32,000 nt of DNA from Candidatus Profftella armatura (GCF_000441555.1 NC_021885.1:390001-422000), one strand, 5' to 3'; shown: positions 1 through 12,519, counted from the stretch's first letter. Numbers and translations: made by a program. The notes: generated from the letters alone by a model not told the origin.

Positions 1-2349
<2,349 letters not shown>

Positions 2350-2361
2350 CTAGAAGATTAT

Positions 2362-3483
2362 TTAAATACGCATTGGCATTAAAGTATATTGAAAATTATT
2401 ATCTTCCGGTATAGAAATTAATACAGATGATTTAGAATCACTTAATGAAATTATAATATTTTCATTTTTTAAATTATTAAGTATCTCAATTAAATAACTA
2501 ATATTTAAACCAATATCCACATCTTTACCATTATAATTTATTTCTAATTCTTCAGAGGCTTTTTCTCTATTAGAACTGCTTACAGTTATTTTTAAATAAT
2601 TGGGTTTAATAACTAAACGAACGCCTTTAAGTTTATCATTACTTATTATGGAAATTCGCTGTAATGATCGTAATAATTTATTCCTATTCACTAAAAAACT
2701 TTTTTCATATTTATTGCTAATAACATATTTATAATCTAAAAATTTTCCATCAATTAATTTTGAAATAATTTCAATATTAGAAAATATAATTTTAATTTGA
2801 TTATTTGAAATTTTTAATTCAACAGGATTTTCTTTATTTTCTAATAAACGCTGTAATGTAAATACAGTTTTTCTTGGAATAATAATATCAGAACATGATG
2901 AAAATTTTTTATCTATATTAACTTGATAATATGTTAAACGATGACCATCACTCGAAACCGCGATAATATTTTTTTTTTGAAAAGATAATAATAAACCATT
3001 TAAATAATATCGAATATCTTGTTGTGCTATTGAAAAATAAACCATATTTAGAATACATTTGAGCGTCTTCTGAGATAATGTAAATTCAAAATCATATTTA
3101 CTATTTAATGTCATAATTGGATATTCTTTAGCATCAAGAGTCTGTAATGTGAATTTTGATTTCCCAGATTTAATAAGCATATGTTTATTTTCTATATAAA
3201 TAGTTACTTTTTCAGTTTCTGGTAACGAACGTAAAATATCAATAAATTTACGAGCTGCTACTATAATATTAATAGAACTATTTCCATAACCAACTGCAGT
3301 ATATGTAGTTATCTGCACTTCTGTATCAGTGGATAAAAAAGATATTTTTTCACTATTTTTACAAACTAAAATATTCGATAATATCGGTAGTATATTTTTT
3401 TTTTCTACAATACTAATTACCATTTGTAATGGATGTAAAATTGCATTTTTTTCAGTATTTACTACTAATTGCATTACGTTCAT
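2362..3483 (-). CDS. dnaN: DNA polymerase III beta sliding clamp
   Basis: The 373-aa ORF has the length and N-terminus (MQLVVNTEKNAILHPLQMV...ILSNILV) of DnaN and sits directly upstream of gyrB as in the canonical dnaN-gyrB pair. The second in-frame ATG at 3474 has better spacing to the AAGGAA Shine-Dalgarno (about 9 nt) than the ATG at 3483 (about 0-1 nt). The true start may therefore be 3474. Confidence 0.93.
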   Translation of the reverse strand: MNVMQLVVNTEKNAILHPLQMVISIVEKKNILPILSNILVCKNSEKISFLSTDTEVQITTYTAVGYGNSSINIIVAARKFIDILRSLPETEKVTIYIENKHMLIKSGKSKFTLQTLDAKEYPIMTLNSKYDFEFTLSQKTLKCILNMVYFSIAQQDIRYYLNGLLLSFQKKNIIAVSSDGHRLTYYQVNIDKKFSSCSDIIIPRKTVFTLQRLLENKENPVELKISNNQIKIIFSNIEIISKLIDGKFLDYKYVISNKYEKSFLVNRNKLLRSLQRISIISNDKLKGVRLVIKPNYLKITVSSSNREKASEELEINYNGKDVDIGLNISYLIEILNNLKNENIIISLSDSKSSVLISIPEDNNFQYTLMPMRI

Positions 3484-3608
3484 TTCCTTATTTTATTTAC
3501 TATAAATTTATTATACTTTTATTTTACGTAGTATTGATCGAAAATATTTATTTAATATATCTTTAGTTGAAAACTATTTTAATTGAATTTTTAAGTTTCT
3601 TAAATAAT

Positions 3609-3690
3609 TACCGGGAACCGGAATCGAACCGGCACACTTTTCAGTGCAAGATTTTGAATCTCGTGCGTCTACCAATTTCGCCATCCCGGT
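3609..3690 (-). tRNA. tRNA-Leu (anticodon CAA), class II with long variable arm, no encoded CCA
   Basis: The reverse complement ACCGGGATGGCGAAATTGGTAGACGCACGAGATTCAAAATCTTGCACTGAAAAGTGTGCCGGTTCGATTCCGGTTCCCGGTA folds by hand into a cloverleaf. It has a 7-bp acceptor stem (ACCGGGA/TCCCGGT), a 3-bp D stem, and anticodon stem CGAGA/TCTTG with loop TTCAAAA. It also has variable arm CACT-GAAA-AGTG, a T loop TTCGATT and discriminator A. It closely resembles E. coli tRNA-Leu(CAA). Confidence 0.9.
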
Positions 3691-3841
3691 TGCATTATAA
3701 ACTTTTTATTGTATTATTTTTCAAGGTTAATTGCAAATAACAATACATTTAAATATTAAGTAAATTTTGTACAAATAAAATTTTTATTTTATGATAAACA
3801 ATATAACTTTTATTATTAATTTGATATTTAATTTATAAATT

Positions 3842-6487
3842 ATGAAATCAATTGAGATCTGCAATAAGTTTCTAAGTTTTTTTAAATCAAAAGGACACAC
3901 TATCGTTCCTTCTTCTAGCTTAATACCCGATAATGATTCATCATTATTATTTACAAATTCTGGTATGGTACAATTTAAAGATGTATTTCTTGGAATAGAA
4001 AAGCGTAATTATTTACGCGCCACCTCAATACAACGCTGTCTTCGTGCCGGAGGTAAACATAATGATTTAGAAAATGTGGGATACACAAATTATCATCATA
4101 CATTTTTTCAAATGTTAGGTAATTGGTCATTTGGAGATTATTTTAAATATGAATCTCTTCAATGGACCTGGGAATTATTAACTCAAATTTATGGTTTATC
4201 AATCGAAAGATTATGGATTACAGTGTACATAACAGACGATGAAACATATAATATATGGACCAATAAAATTGGTGTACCAAAAGAACGTGTAATACGCATT
4301 GGTGATAAAAAAAATTCACCATTATACACATCTGATAATTTTTGGCAAATGTCTGATACTGGACCTTGTGGTCCTTGTTCTGAGATATTTTATGATTGTG
4401 GTTCTACATTCCATGGAAATCCACCCGGAAGTAAAGAAAATTTTGGTAATCGTTATATTGAAATATGGAATAATGTATTTATGCAATTTAATAAAGAAAT
4501 TAATCCAAAAACTGGATCTATTAAATTAACAAAATTACCAAAATATTGTGTGGATACTGGAATGGGATTAGAACGTTTAGCATCCATATTACAAAATGTT
4601 TATAATAATTATGAGACCGATTTATTCAAAACATTAATTAAAGCTGCTGCACGTGAAACTAATTGTAATAATTTAAAAAATAATTCTTTAAAGGTAATTG
4701 CAGATCACATTAGAGCTTGTGTTTTTTTAATTATTGATGGCGTTTTTCCAGGAAATGAAGGAAGAGGTTATGTATTAAGAAGAATTATTCGTCGAGCTAT
4801 TCGTCATGGATATAAATTAGGTCAAAATTCAATATTTCTTTATAAATTAGTTAAAGATTTAATTTTTAATACCTATATAATTTATAAAGAATTAAAAATA
4901 TCTGTAATTAAAATAGAAGAAATTCTTAAAAAAGAGGAAGAATGCTTCAGAAAAACCTTAAAATATGGAATAAAAATATTAGAAAATATTTTATTAACAA
5001 AACCAGATAAATTAGATGGAAAACTTGCATTTATACTTTATGATACTTATGGTTTTCCAATAGATTTAACTATTGACATTTGTAAAGAACATAATGTTTC
5101 TTTTAATAAAAATGATTTTATACTTGAAATGGAAAAACAACGTAATAATGCACGTTTAAATAGTAAATTTAAAGATATTAAATTAAACATAAATAATAAT
5201 TATATTATTGATCAAGAAACTAAATTTATTGGTTATAAATTAAAAACATATACATCCAAAATAATAGGATTATATATCGACACTAATTCAGTAAAAACAA
5301 TAAATATTAATCAAGAGGCTTTAATCATATTAGATATTACTCCGTTTTATGCTGAATCTGGTGGGCAAGCCGGTGACATAGGAACTATAAAAAATGATTT
5401 TGCACTATTTGTAGTTAATAATACAAAAAAAATAAAAAAAAATATTATATGTCATTATGGTATTTTAAAATACGGGATATTAAATATTAATAACAATGTT
5501 GTAGCATCGATTGATACATCTTATCGTAAAAAAATTACTAGAAATCATTCAGGCACACATTTATTAAATAGAGCTTTACGTGAAGTTTTAGGAGAAGATA
5601 TAATACAAAAAGGATCATTTATAAATTCTAAGAAAATTCGTTTTGATTTTAATTACAATAAACCAATAAGTCATAAAAATATTCAAAAAATTGAAAAAAT
5701 TGTAAATAAAGAAATTTTAGAAAATAATCCTATAAAAATTAAATTAATGTCATTTAATGATGCAATTAATTTTGGAGCAATAAGATTATTTAATAAAAAA
5801 TATGATAAAAAAGTAAGAGTTGTATCAATTGGAAAATCTATTGAATTATGCGGAGGAACACACGTTAAATATACAGGAGATATTGGATTATTTAAAATAA
5901 TTTCAGAAAATGGAATTTCTTCTGGAGTAAGACGTATTGAAGCAGTAACTGGTGAAAAAGCATTATTAGTAATGCAAAAATTAAGCAATATTTTTTATGA
6001 AATTACTTCTGAATTAAAATTACCCCCTGGAGAAATTAAAAAACATATCATAGATATGAAAAATAATATTAAACTATTTGAAAGTGAATTATATAAAATT
6101 AGATTTCAATTTATGTTAAATAAAATTAAAAGTTTATTACCTAATGTAATTAATATAAATGGTATTAAAGTATTAATATCAACATTAGATAATGTATATA
6201 ACTTACCTATAAATAAAATAGTAAATGAATTAAAAAATCAATTGAAATATACTATATTTTTTTTTATTACCATAAAAGAAAAAAAAAATAATTTATTTGC
6301 TAGCGTAACCCCAGATTTAGTTAATAAAATAAAAGCTAATGAATTAATAAATTTTATTATAAAACAAATTGGGGGAAAAGGAGGAGGTAATCCAAATACA
6401 GCCCAGGGAACAGGAAGCAAAGATAAAAATTTTAAATATATTACAAAAAATGTAATAAATTGGATAAAAAAAAATAATTTTAATTAA
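3842..6487 (+). CDS. alaS: Alanyl-tRNA synthetase
   Basis: The 881-aa ORF carries class II AlaRS motifs (FTNSGMVQFKDVFLG, RCLRAGGKHNDLENVG, HHTFFQMLGNWSFGDYFK). It also has the editing-domain HxxxH region (HSGTHLLNRALREVLG) and a C-terminal GGGKGGG segment. Confidence 0.97.
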   Translation: MKSIEICNKFLSFFKSKGHTIVPSSSLIPDNDSSLLFTNSGMVQFKDVFLGIEKRNYLRATSIQRCLRAGGKHNDLENVGYTNYHHTFFQMLGNWSFGDYFKYESLQWTWELLTQIYGLSIERLWITVYITDDETYNIWTNKIGVPKERVIRIGDKKNSPLYTSDNFWQMSDTGPCGPCSEIFYDCGSTFHGNPPGSKENFGNRYIEIWNNVFMQFNKEINPKTGSIKLTKLPKYCVDTGMGLERLASILQNVYNNYETDLFKTLIKAAARETNCNNLKNNSLKVIADHIRACVFLIIDGVFPGNEGRGYVLRRIIRRAIRHGYKLGQNSIFLYKLVKDLIFNTYIIYKELKISVIKIEEILKKEEECFRKTLKYGIKILENILLTKPDKLDGKLAFILYDTYGFPIDLTIDICKEHNVSFNKNDFILEMEKQRNNARLNSKFKDIKLNINNNYIIDQETKFIGYKLKTYTSKIIGLYIDTNSVKTININQEALIILDITPFYAESGGQAGDIGTIKNDFALFVVNNTKKIKKNIICHYGILKYGILNINNNVVASIDTSYRKKITRNHSGTHLLNRALREVLGEDIIQKGSFINSKKIRFDFNYNKPISHKNIQKIEKIVNKEILENNPIKIKLMSFNDAINFGAIRLFNKKYDKKVRVVSIGKSIELCGGTHVKYTGDIGLFKIISENGISSGVRRIEAVTGEKALLVMQKLSNIFYEITSELKLPPGEIKKHIIDMKNNIKLFESELYKIRFQFMLNKIKSLLPNVININGIKVLISTLDNVYNLPINKIVNELKNQLKYTIFFFITIKEKKNNLFASVTPDLVNKIKANELINFIIKQIGGKGGGNPNTAQGTGSKDKNFKYITKNVINWIKKNNFN

Positions 6488-6557
6488 TAAAAATAAAAAG
6501 TAATTTCATAAAAATATTATATAAAATAAATTCTATTTTATCTTATATAATAATAAA

Positions 6558-6879
6558 GAAGCAAGCTAGACAGTCGCTGGTTATTTTAATAAAATTATAA
6601 CGAGAGGAAGGTCCGGACTCCATAGAGCAAGATGGCGGCTAACAGCCGTCCGCCGAAAACTAAAGTATAAGGCGAGGAATAGGACCACAGAGACGAGCGT
6701 ATTTAAATTACGGTGAAACGCGGTAACCTCCATCTGGAGCAATTCCAAATAGTACGCATTGATGTTGCTCGCGGAGCGTACGGGTAGGGAGCTTGAATGT
6801 TAAAGTAATTTAACATCTAGAAGAATGACTGTCATAACAACTGTTAAAACAAAATCCGGCCTATAAGCTTGCTTCAAAA
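6558..6879 (+). ncRNA. rnpB: RNase P RNA, bacterial type A, compact
   Basis: A visibly G+C-rich island sits in AT-rich DNA. The 5' end GAAGCAAGCTAGACAGTCGCTGG parallels E. coli GAAGCUGACCAGACAGUCGCCGC. Universal blocks are present: GAGGAAGGTCCGGACTCCATAGAGCAAG, ACAGAGA, GGTGAAACGCGGTAACCTCCATCTGGAGCAA, CAAATAG, CGGGTAGG, AGAAGAATGACTGTC and AATCCGGCCTATAAGCTTGCTTC. The last block pairs back to the 5' end as P1. The 3' boundary is uncertain by a few nt. Confidence 0.9.
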
Positions 6880-6888
6880 GAAATAAAA

Positions 6889-7917
6889 TTAATAAAAGAT
6901 TTCAATATAAGTCAATAATATATCTTTTATTAAAAGATTTGATGAAAATGAATTATTTATAATTAATCGTTTTTCATGAAATTTTCTTAAAACATATAAA
7001 AGTCTATATTGATCAGTTTTTTCTTTTAATTGATTTAATTGATTTTTATAATGAGGGTAATAACGATTGGTATTAGTTATTTTTAATAGAAATAAATCAT
7101 ATACCCAACGTTGAATCCATTCAAAAATTATAAGAATAGGTATTTTTTGTAATTTTTCGGAAATATTTAATGCATATTCTATATCAGCTTCCATCAAAAA
7201 TTCTTTCAATTTATTAATCAATAAATTATATTTTTTGTTTTTTGCATTATTAAATACTATCAATGGCCCCCCCCCTTGTTCTGATAATAAAATATCAGGA
7301 TTGGAAACATTTTGTTGTTTAAGCCATTCTAATGATTCATCTCTACTAGGTGATTTTAATATAAATTTATAACATCTAGATAAAATCGTTTTTAATAAAC
7401 TATCAATTTTATCACATAAAAGAATAAAAAAACTATTCAATGGAGACTCTTCTAGCATTTTTAATAATGCATTAGCTGCATTATTATTTAATGAATCAGC
7501 TGGGTGTAATAACACAATACGTATTTTAGAATAATGATTAGAAATATTTATAAAATTTGATAATTCTCTAATTTGATTAATTTTAATTTCTTTAGATTTA
7601 TTATTTAAACTTTCATTTTTTTTGTGATTATCTAATAATGATTTTTCAAATATTTCTGGATGTACATATCTAAAATCTGGATGATTTTTTTTTAAAAACC
7701 ATACGCAAGAATTACATTTATTACAAATATAATTATTTTCATCAAAATTTTCACATAACAATGATTGTATAAAAATATCTATTAAATATTTTTTTCCAAT
7801 CCCTTTTTCCCCATAGAATAATATAGTATGAGGTAAATATAATCTTAATTTTTGTAATTTTCTCCAACTATCATGTTGCCAAGGATAAAGCATATTATTG
7901 TCATTGTTATTTTTCAT
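6889..7917 (-). CDS. holB: DNA polymerase III delta-prime subunit
   Basis: The 342-aa ORF starts with [12 protein letters not shown]...[13 protein letters not shown] (degenerate Walker A), followed by a Cys-rich zinc module CxxCxxC (CNKCNSCVW). Further on are SRC (ILSRCYKF) and an AAA+ clamp-loader layout. It overlaps tmk by 4 bp in the usual tmk-holB operon order. Confidence 0.85.
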   Translation of the reverse strand: MKNNNDNNMLYPWQHDSWRKLQKLRLYLPHTILFYGEKGIGKKYLIDIFIQSLLCENFDENNYICNKCNSCVWFLKKNHPDFRYVHPEIFEKSLLDNHKKNESLNNKSKEIKINQIRELSNFINISNHYSKIRIVLLHPADSLNNNAANALLKMLEESPLNSFFILLCDKIDSLLKTILSRCYKFILKSPSRDESLEWLKQQNVSNPDILLSEQGGGPLIVFNNAKNKKYNLLINKLKEFLMEADIEYALNISEKLQKIPILIIFEWIQRWVYDLFLLKITNTNRYYPHYKNQLNQLKEKTDQYRLLYVLRKFHEKRLIINNSFSSNLLIKDILLTYIEIFY

Positions 7918-8564
7918 TGTATATTATTTTCGCGAAGAAAATATAATAAAAATTTTTGTAATTGATTTTCTATATTTATAATAGATTCATTTGAGTTAAT
8001 TATTCTAAAACGCATTGGAAATTTTTTTGCGAGACGTAAATATTCCATTCGAACAGAATGAAAAAAATCATTTTTTTTTGATTCAAATTTATCTAAAGAC
8101 TTTATTATATTTAATCTATTTTTTGCTACTTCTAATGGTAAATCAAATAATAATGTTAAATCTGGTTTTATATTTGGATGAACCCATTTTTCTAGTATTT
8201 TAATTTTATTTCGTAAAATTCTTCTACCTCCTCCTTGATACGCAAAACTAGAGTCAGTAAAACGATCTGAAATAACACATATTCCTTTTTTTAATGCAGG
8301 TTTAATTACTCTTGAAATATGTTCACGTCTTGCGGCAAACATTAATAATGTTTCCGTTTCTGGATGCATTAGTTTATTTAATAATAAATTACGTAATACT
8401 TCTCCTAATGGAGTCCCCCCAGGTTCTCTTGTAAAAATCACATTTATATTAAATTTTTTTAATAATTCTATAACATACTTGATGTGTGTTGATTTTCCTG
8501 ATCCATCAATTCCTTCAAAAGTAATAAATTTAGAAAAAAATTGATAATTATATTTAATTTTCAT
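7914..8564 (-). CDS. tmk: Thymidylate kinase
   Basis: The 216-aa ORF has the P-loop [14 protein letters not shown], a DRF motif ([16 protein letters not shown]) and typical Tmk length. Confidence 0.93.
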   Translation of the reverse strand: MKIKYNYQFFSKFITFEGIDGSGKSTHIKYVIELLKKFNINVIFTREPGGTPLGEVLRNLLLNKLMHPETETLLMFAARREHISRVIKPALKKGICVISDRFTDSSFAYQGGGRRILRNKIKILEKWVHPNIKPDLTLLFDLPLEVAKNRLNIIKSLDKFESKKNDFFHSVRMEYLRLAKKFPMRFRIINSNESIINIENQLQKFLLYFLRENNIQ

Positions 8565-8608
8565 TTTTATAAAATTTTTAGAAAAATTATTTAGTTTAGT
8601 TTTTTTTA

Positions 8609-8650
8609 AAATTTATTAAATAAAAATAATTTTTTTTATTTAATAAATTT
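8609..8650. repeat. Perfect 18-bp inverted repeat (AAATTTATTAAATAAAAA / TTTTTATTTAATAAATTT) with a 6-nt spacer in the tmk/ygfZ divergent spacer
   Basis: Read directly: the left arm is 8609-8626 and the right arm is 8633-8650, an exact reverse complement. A third, direct copy of the core TTATTAAATAAAAAT lies at 8685-8699. Confidence 0.6.
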
Positions 8651-8753
8651 AAATTTTTAAATAAATTATACTGTATAAAATTTTTTATTAAATAAAAATT
8701 AATTTAATAAAAAATTTTTTGTTATTAATAATTTTAAAAGGTAAATAAAATTT

Positions 8754-9803
8754 ATGAAAAAAAATAAATTTTTCAATAAGAATTGGATTTTTTTACAAAA
8801 TAAATTATTTTGTAAATGCGTTAAAAATAATATTAAAAATTTTTTTATTCCTTTAACTAATTTCGGATTATTGGAATTTAGTGGTCATGATTCTACTTCA
8901 TTTTTACATAATCAATTAACAAATAACGTCAAATATTTAAATACAGAAAAAACACAATTATCTGGCTATTGCTCATCAAAAGGTAAGTTATTAGTTACTA
9001 TGATTCTTTGGAAAATTAATAATAAAATTGTACTTTTATTACCATATGAATTATTACCATCAGTTCACAAAAAAATAAAAATTTTTATTTTACGTTCTAA
9101 GGTTAAATTAAAAGATATTACTCATAAACATCTTATATTTGGTTTAATTGGAAAAAAAATGGCATATTTTTTACAAACTTGGTTTCAAAATTTACCAAAA
9201 AAACCTTATGATAAAATTGATAATATATTTGGTACTTTAATACGAATAACTGATTTTAATCAAATTCCACGTTATCAATGGATAACTAAAAATAATATTA
9301 TCGGAATTAAAATATGGGAAATATTAAGTAAAAAATTTCCTATAGCTAATTCATTTGAATGGTCATTTTGTGATATAAAATCTGGAATACCTCAAATTAC
9401 CTTAGAAACAAAAGAAAAATTTATACCCCAAATGATTAATTTTGAATTAATTGGTGGAATTGATTTTAAAAAAGGTTGTTATCCAGGCCAGGAAATTATT
9501 GCTCGTATTCAATATTTGCATAAAATAAAATATCGTATGATGTTAGCTGTAATTAATTTAACTAACGAAAATAAAGATTTTATTTTTCTTATTAAACCAG
9601 GTGTTAATATTTTTTCTGAAGAAAATTCAACAAAACCTTGTGGGAAAATTGTTAATTCTGTAAAAATAGAAACTAATAAAATTTATTGCCTCGTTAAAGT
9701 TAGGCTAGATTATGTAAAAAATAAAAAAAAAATTTATATTAATTTAGTTCATAAATTGTTATTAAAATTTCAAAGATTACCATATTTAATAGTAAATATT
9801 TAA
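8754..9803 (+). CDS. ygfZ: Folate-binding YgfZ/GcvT-family protein (Fe-S cluster repair / tRNA modification)
   Basis: The 349-aa ORF contains the family signature KGCYPGQEIIAR (K-G-C-Y-x-G-Q-E) near residue 240 and has typical length. Confidence 0.8.
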   Translation: MKKNKFFNKNWIFLQNKLFCKCVKNNIKNFFIPLTNFGLLEFSGHDSTSFLHNQLTNNVKYLNTEKTQLSGYCSSKGKLLVTMILWKINNKIVLLLPYELLPSVHKKIKIFILRSKVKLKDITHKHLIFGLIGKKMAYFLQTWFQNLPKKPYDKIDNIFGTLIRITDFNQIPRYQWITKNNIIGIKIWEILSKKFPIANSFEWSFCDIKSGIPQITLETKEKFIPQMINFELIGGIDFKKGCYPGQEIIARIQYLHKIKYRMMLAVINLTNENKDFIFLIKPGVNIFSEENSTKPCGKIVNSVKIETNKIYCLVKVRLDYVKNKKKIYINLVHKLLLKFQRLPYLIVNI

Positions 9804-10612
9804 GTATTTATAATACATTTAGAAGGATAAGGCATATTAGGAGATATTGTTAAAACTTCAAAACCATTTTTGGTAACTAATACAGTATGCTCCCATTGCG
9901 CTGAAAGACTTCTGTCTTTAGTTTTAATAGTCCATCCATCACTCATTTCTTTTATTTCTTTTCTTCCTTCATTAATCATGGGTTCTACGGTAAATATCAT
10001 TCCAGTTTTTAGTTTTTCTAACGTTCCAGGAATTCCATAATTCATAACCCTTGGTTCTTCATGAAAATTTTTTCCAATTCCATGTCCACAAAATTCACGT
10101 ACTACACTATATCCATATTTTTCTGCATGTTTTTGAATTGCATATCCTATATCACCTAAATGTATTCCTGGTTTAATTTTTACAATTCCAATCCACATAC
10201 ACTCAAAAGAAATATCACTTAAACGTTTTGCTACTAAAGAGGGTTCTCCAACATAGAACATTCTACTAGTATCACCATAATAACCATTTTTAATAACAGT
10301 AATATCAATATTTAAAATATCTCCCTTTTTAAGAATTTTATTTCCAGGTATACCATGGCAAACTACATCATTAACAGAAGTACAAATTGATTTTGGAAAT
10401 GGTATACCCCCTTTTTGGGGACAATAATTTAAAGGAGCTGGTATAGTATTTTGTATATTAACCATATAATTATGACAAATTTCATTAATTTCTTCTGTAG
10501 TAACACCTGGCTTAATAAAAGGAGCAATATAATCCAAAACTTCTGCGCTTAATTTTCCTGCTATACGCATTCCTTTTATGTCATTATCATTTTTAATTGA
10601 GATTTTATGCAT
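9800..10612 (-). CDS. map: Methionine aminopeptidase type I
   Basis: The 270-aa ORF has metal-ligand regions VCHGIP, DITV...GYYGD, GHGIG, FTVEP and EHTVLVT, diagnostic of MetAP-1. Confidence 0.95.
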   Translation of the reverse strand: MHKISIKNDNDIKGMRIAGKLSAEVLDYIAPFIKPGVTTEEINEICHNYMVNIQNTIPAPLNYCPQKGGIPFPKSICTSVNDVVCHGIPGNKILKKGDILNIDITVIKNGYYGDTSRMFYVGEPSLVAKRLSDISFECMWIGIVKIKPGIHLGDIGYAIQKHAEKYGYSVVREFCGHGIGKNFHEEPRVMNYGIPGTLEKLKTGMIFTVEPMINEGRKEIKEMSDGWTIKTKDRSLSAQWEHTVLVTKNGFEVLTISPNMPYPSKCIINT

Positions 10613-10905
10613 ATATTTAATATTCTAAATAGTAATAAAAATTTTTAAAAAACTATAAAAAAATAACTGTTTAAATAATTTCATATTAAGTCAATATATT
10701 TATAGAATATATATTTTAATTAAAATTAAAACTTATTCTTTTGAAGAATGTATCCTATATAATATATATATATTTAAAATAAGTGTAAAATTTATAAAGA
10801 TTATAAAAAACTATTTTCAACATAATATGACTAAAATAATATTTCTAATCTTAAAATAATATTTAAAAATTTATCTAATAATATTAACAATTTTGGAATA
10901 CAATT

Positions 10906-11601
10906 ATGTCAATTACAATACGTGAAATGTTAGAAGCTGGTGTTCATTTTGGACATCAAACTCGTTTTTGGAACCCAAAAATGTCATCTTATATTTTTGG
11001 TCATCGTAATAAAATTCATATCATAAATCTTGAAAAAACTCTGTATATGTATGAAAAAGCTATAAGATATATTTATCAATTAGGATTTAGTAAAGGTACA
11101 CTTTTGTTTGTCGGAACAAAACGTCAGGCTCGGGGTGTCATAGCCAATGAAGCAGTACGAGCAGGTATGCCATTTATTGATCAACGTTGGCTTGGTGGTT
11201 TATTAACTAATTTTAAAACTATAAAAACATCAATTCAACGTTTAAAGGAAATGGATTTATTCATTACTAATGGTTCAATTAGAAAACTGAGTAAAAAAGA
11301 AGCACTATTATTTTATAGAAAACAAATAAAATTAAATAGAGTTATTGGTGGTATTAAAAATATGAACATTATTCCAGATGCTATTTTTATAATTGATGTT
11401 GGTTATCATAAAGGAGCTGTTTCTGAGGCGATCAAACTTAATATTCCAATAATTGGCGTAGTTGATACTAATCATTCTCCAGATGGAATTAATTATGTGA
11501 TCCCTGGAAACGATGATTCAGCAAAATCAATTGCTTTATATACCAAAGGAATTGTTGATGCTTTTTTAGATGGTGTTCATGCAAATAAATTAATAAAATA
11601 A
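10906..11601 (+). CDS. rpsB: 30S ribosomal protein S2
   Basis: The N-terminus [19 protein letters not shown] is the canonical S2 sequence, and tsf follows as in the conserved operon. Confidence 0.97.
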   Translation: MSITIREMLEAGVHFGHQTRFWNPKMSSYIFGHRNKIHIINLEKTLYMYEKAIRYIYQLGFSKGTLLFVGTKRQARGVIANEAVRAGMPFIDQRWLGGLLTNFKTIKTSIQRLKEMDLFITNGSIRKLSKKEALLFYRKQIKLNRVIGGIKNMNIIPDAIFIIDVGYHKGAVSEAIKLNIPIIGVVDTNHSPDGINYVIPGNDDSAKSIALYTKGIVDAFLDGVHANKLIK

Positions 11602-11639
11602 ATAATATATTGTGAAATAAATTTTATAGGAAAAATATA

Positions 11640-12464
11640 ATGATAAAAATTTCAGCCAAAACGGTTGGAGAATTGCGTTCAAAAACATTAGCTCCTATTA
11701 TGGAATGTAAAAAAGCATTAATAGAAGCTAATGGTAAATTATCTAAAGCTGAAGAAATATTACGTATTAAATTAGGTAAAAAAATATTAAATATATCAAA
11801 TAGAAACGCTAAAGATGGAGTAATAGCAATCTATATTTCTGAAAAAGTGGGTTCTTTAGTTGAGATAAATTGTGAGACTGATTTTGTTGCAAAAAATAAT
11901 GAATTTATTAAATTTTCTAAAAAAATTGCTAAATTAATTACAGAAAATACACCAATTAATTTAGATCAACTTAATAACTTAAAAATAAAAAATAATTTAT
12001 TAACTGTTGATGAAAAATGTAAAGAATTAATTAGTCGTATTGGTGAAAATATAAAAATACGTCGTTTTAAATTATTTAAAACAAATAATAATTTAATTTC
12101 TTATTTACACGACAATAAAATTGGAGTTATTGTCGAATATAATGGAGATAATGAATCAGCAGTAAAAGACGTTGCAATGCATATTGCCGCCATGAAACCA
12201 ATTGCATTATCTTCGGACCAAATACCTAAAAAAATAATTGAAAAAGAATATTCTCTTGCGGTATTAAAAGCACAACAATTAGGTAAATCTATAAATTTAA
12301 ATACAAAAATTATTGATAATTTTATGCAAAAATTTTTTAAAGAAGTATCATTATTAAATCAAATTTTCATTAAAAATAATAAACAAACTATTGAAAAAAT
12401 GTTAAAATTAAATAAAATTACTATAAAATCCTTTTCAATATTTGTTCTTGGTGAAGATTTATAA
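11640..12464 (+). CDS. tsf: Elongation factor Ts
   Basis: The protein has the UBA-like N-terminus (VGELRSKTLAPIMECKKALIEANG), CETDFVAKN and AMHIAAMKP motifs. It sits after rpsB. Confidence 0.93.
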   Translation: MIKISAKTVGELRSKTLAPIMECKKALIEANGKLSKAEEILRIKLGKKILNISNRNAKDGVIAIYISEKVGSLVEINCETDFVAKNNEFIKFSKKIAKLITENTPINLDQLNNLKIKNNLLTVDEKCKELISRIGENIKIRRFKLFKTNNNLISYLHDNKIGVIVEYNGDNESAVKDVAMHIAAMKPIALSSDQIPKKIIEKEYSLAVLKAQQLGKSINLNTKIIDNFMQKFFKEVSLLNQIFIKNNKQTIEKMLKLNKITIKSFSIFVLGEDL

Positions 12465-12519
12465 TTAATTTTTAAAAATTACATATTAAAATTTTATAAT
12501 AGCATTATTTAATTTATAT

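Noticed and set aside
4299-6420. Small ORFs nested in alaS: 4299-4529 (+, alternate frame), 5683-5988 (-) and 6238-6420 (-).
   Set aside because: All are embedded in a strongly supported 881-aa AlaRS gene. Their translations are low-complexity (I/L/F/N-rich) with no recognisable motifs and no Shine-Dalgarno. They are typical shadow ORFs.
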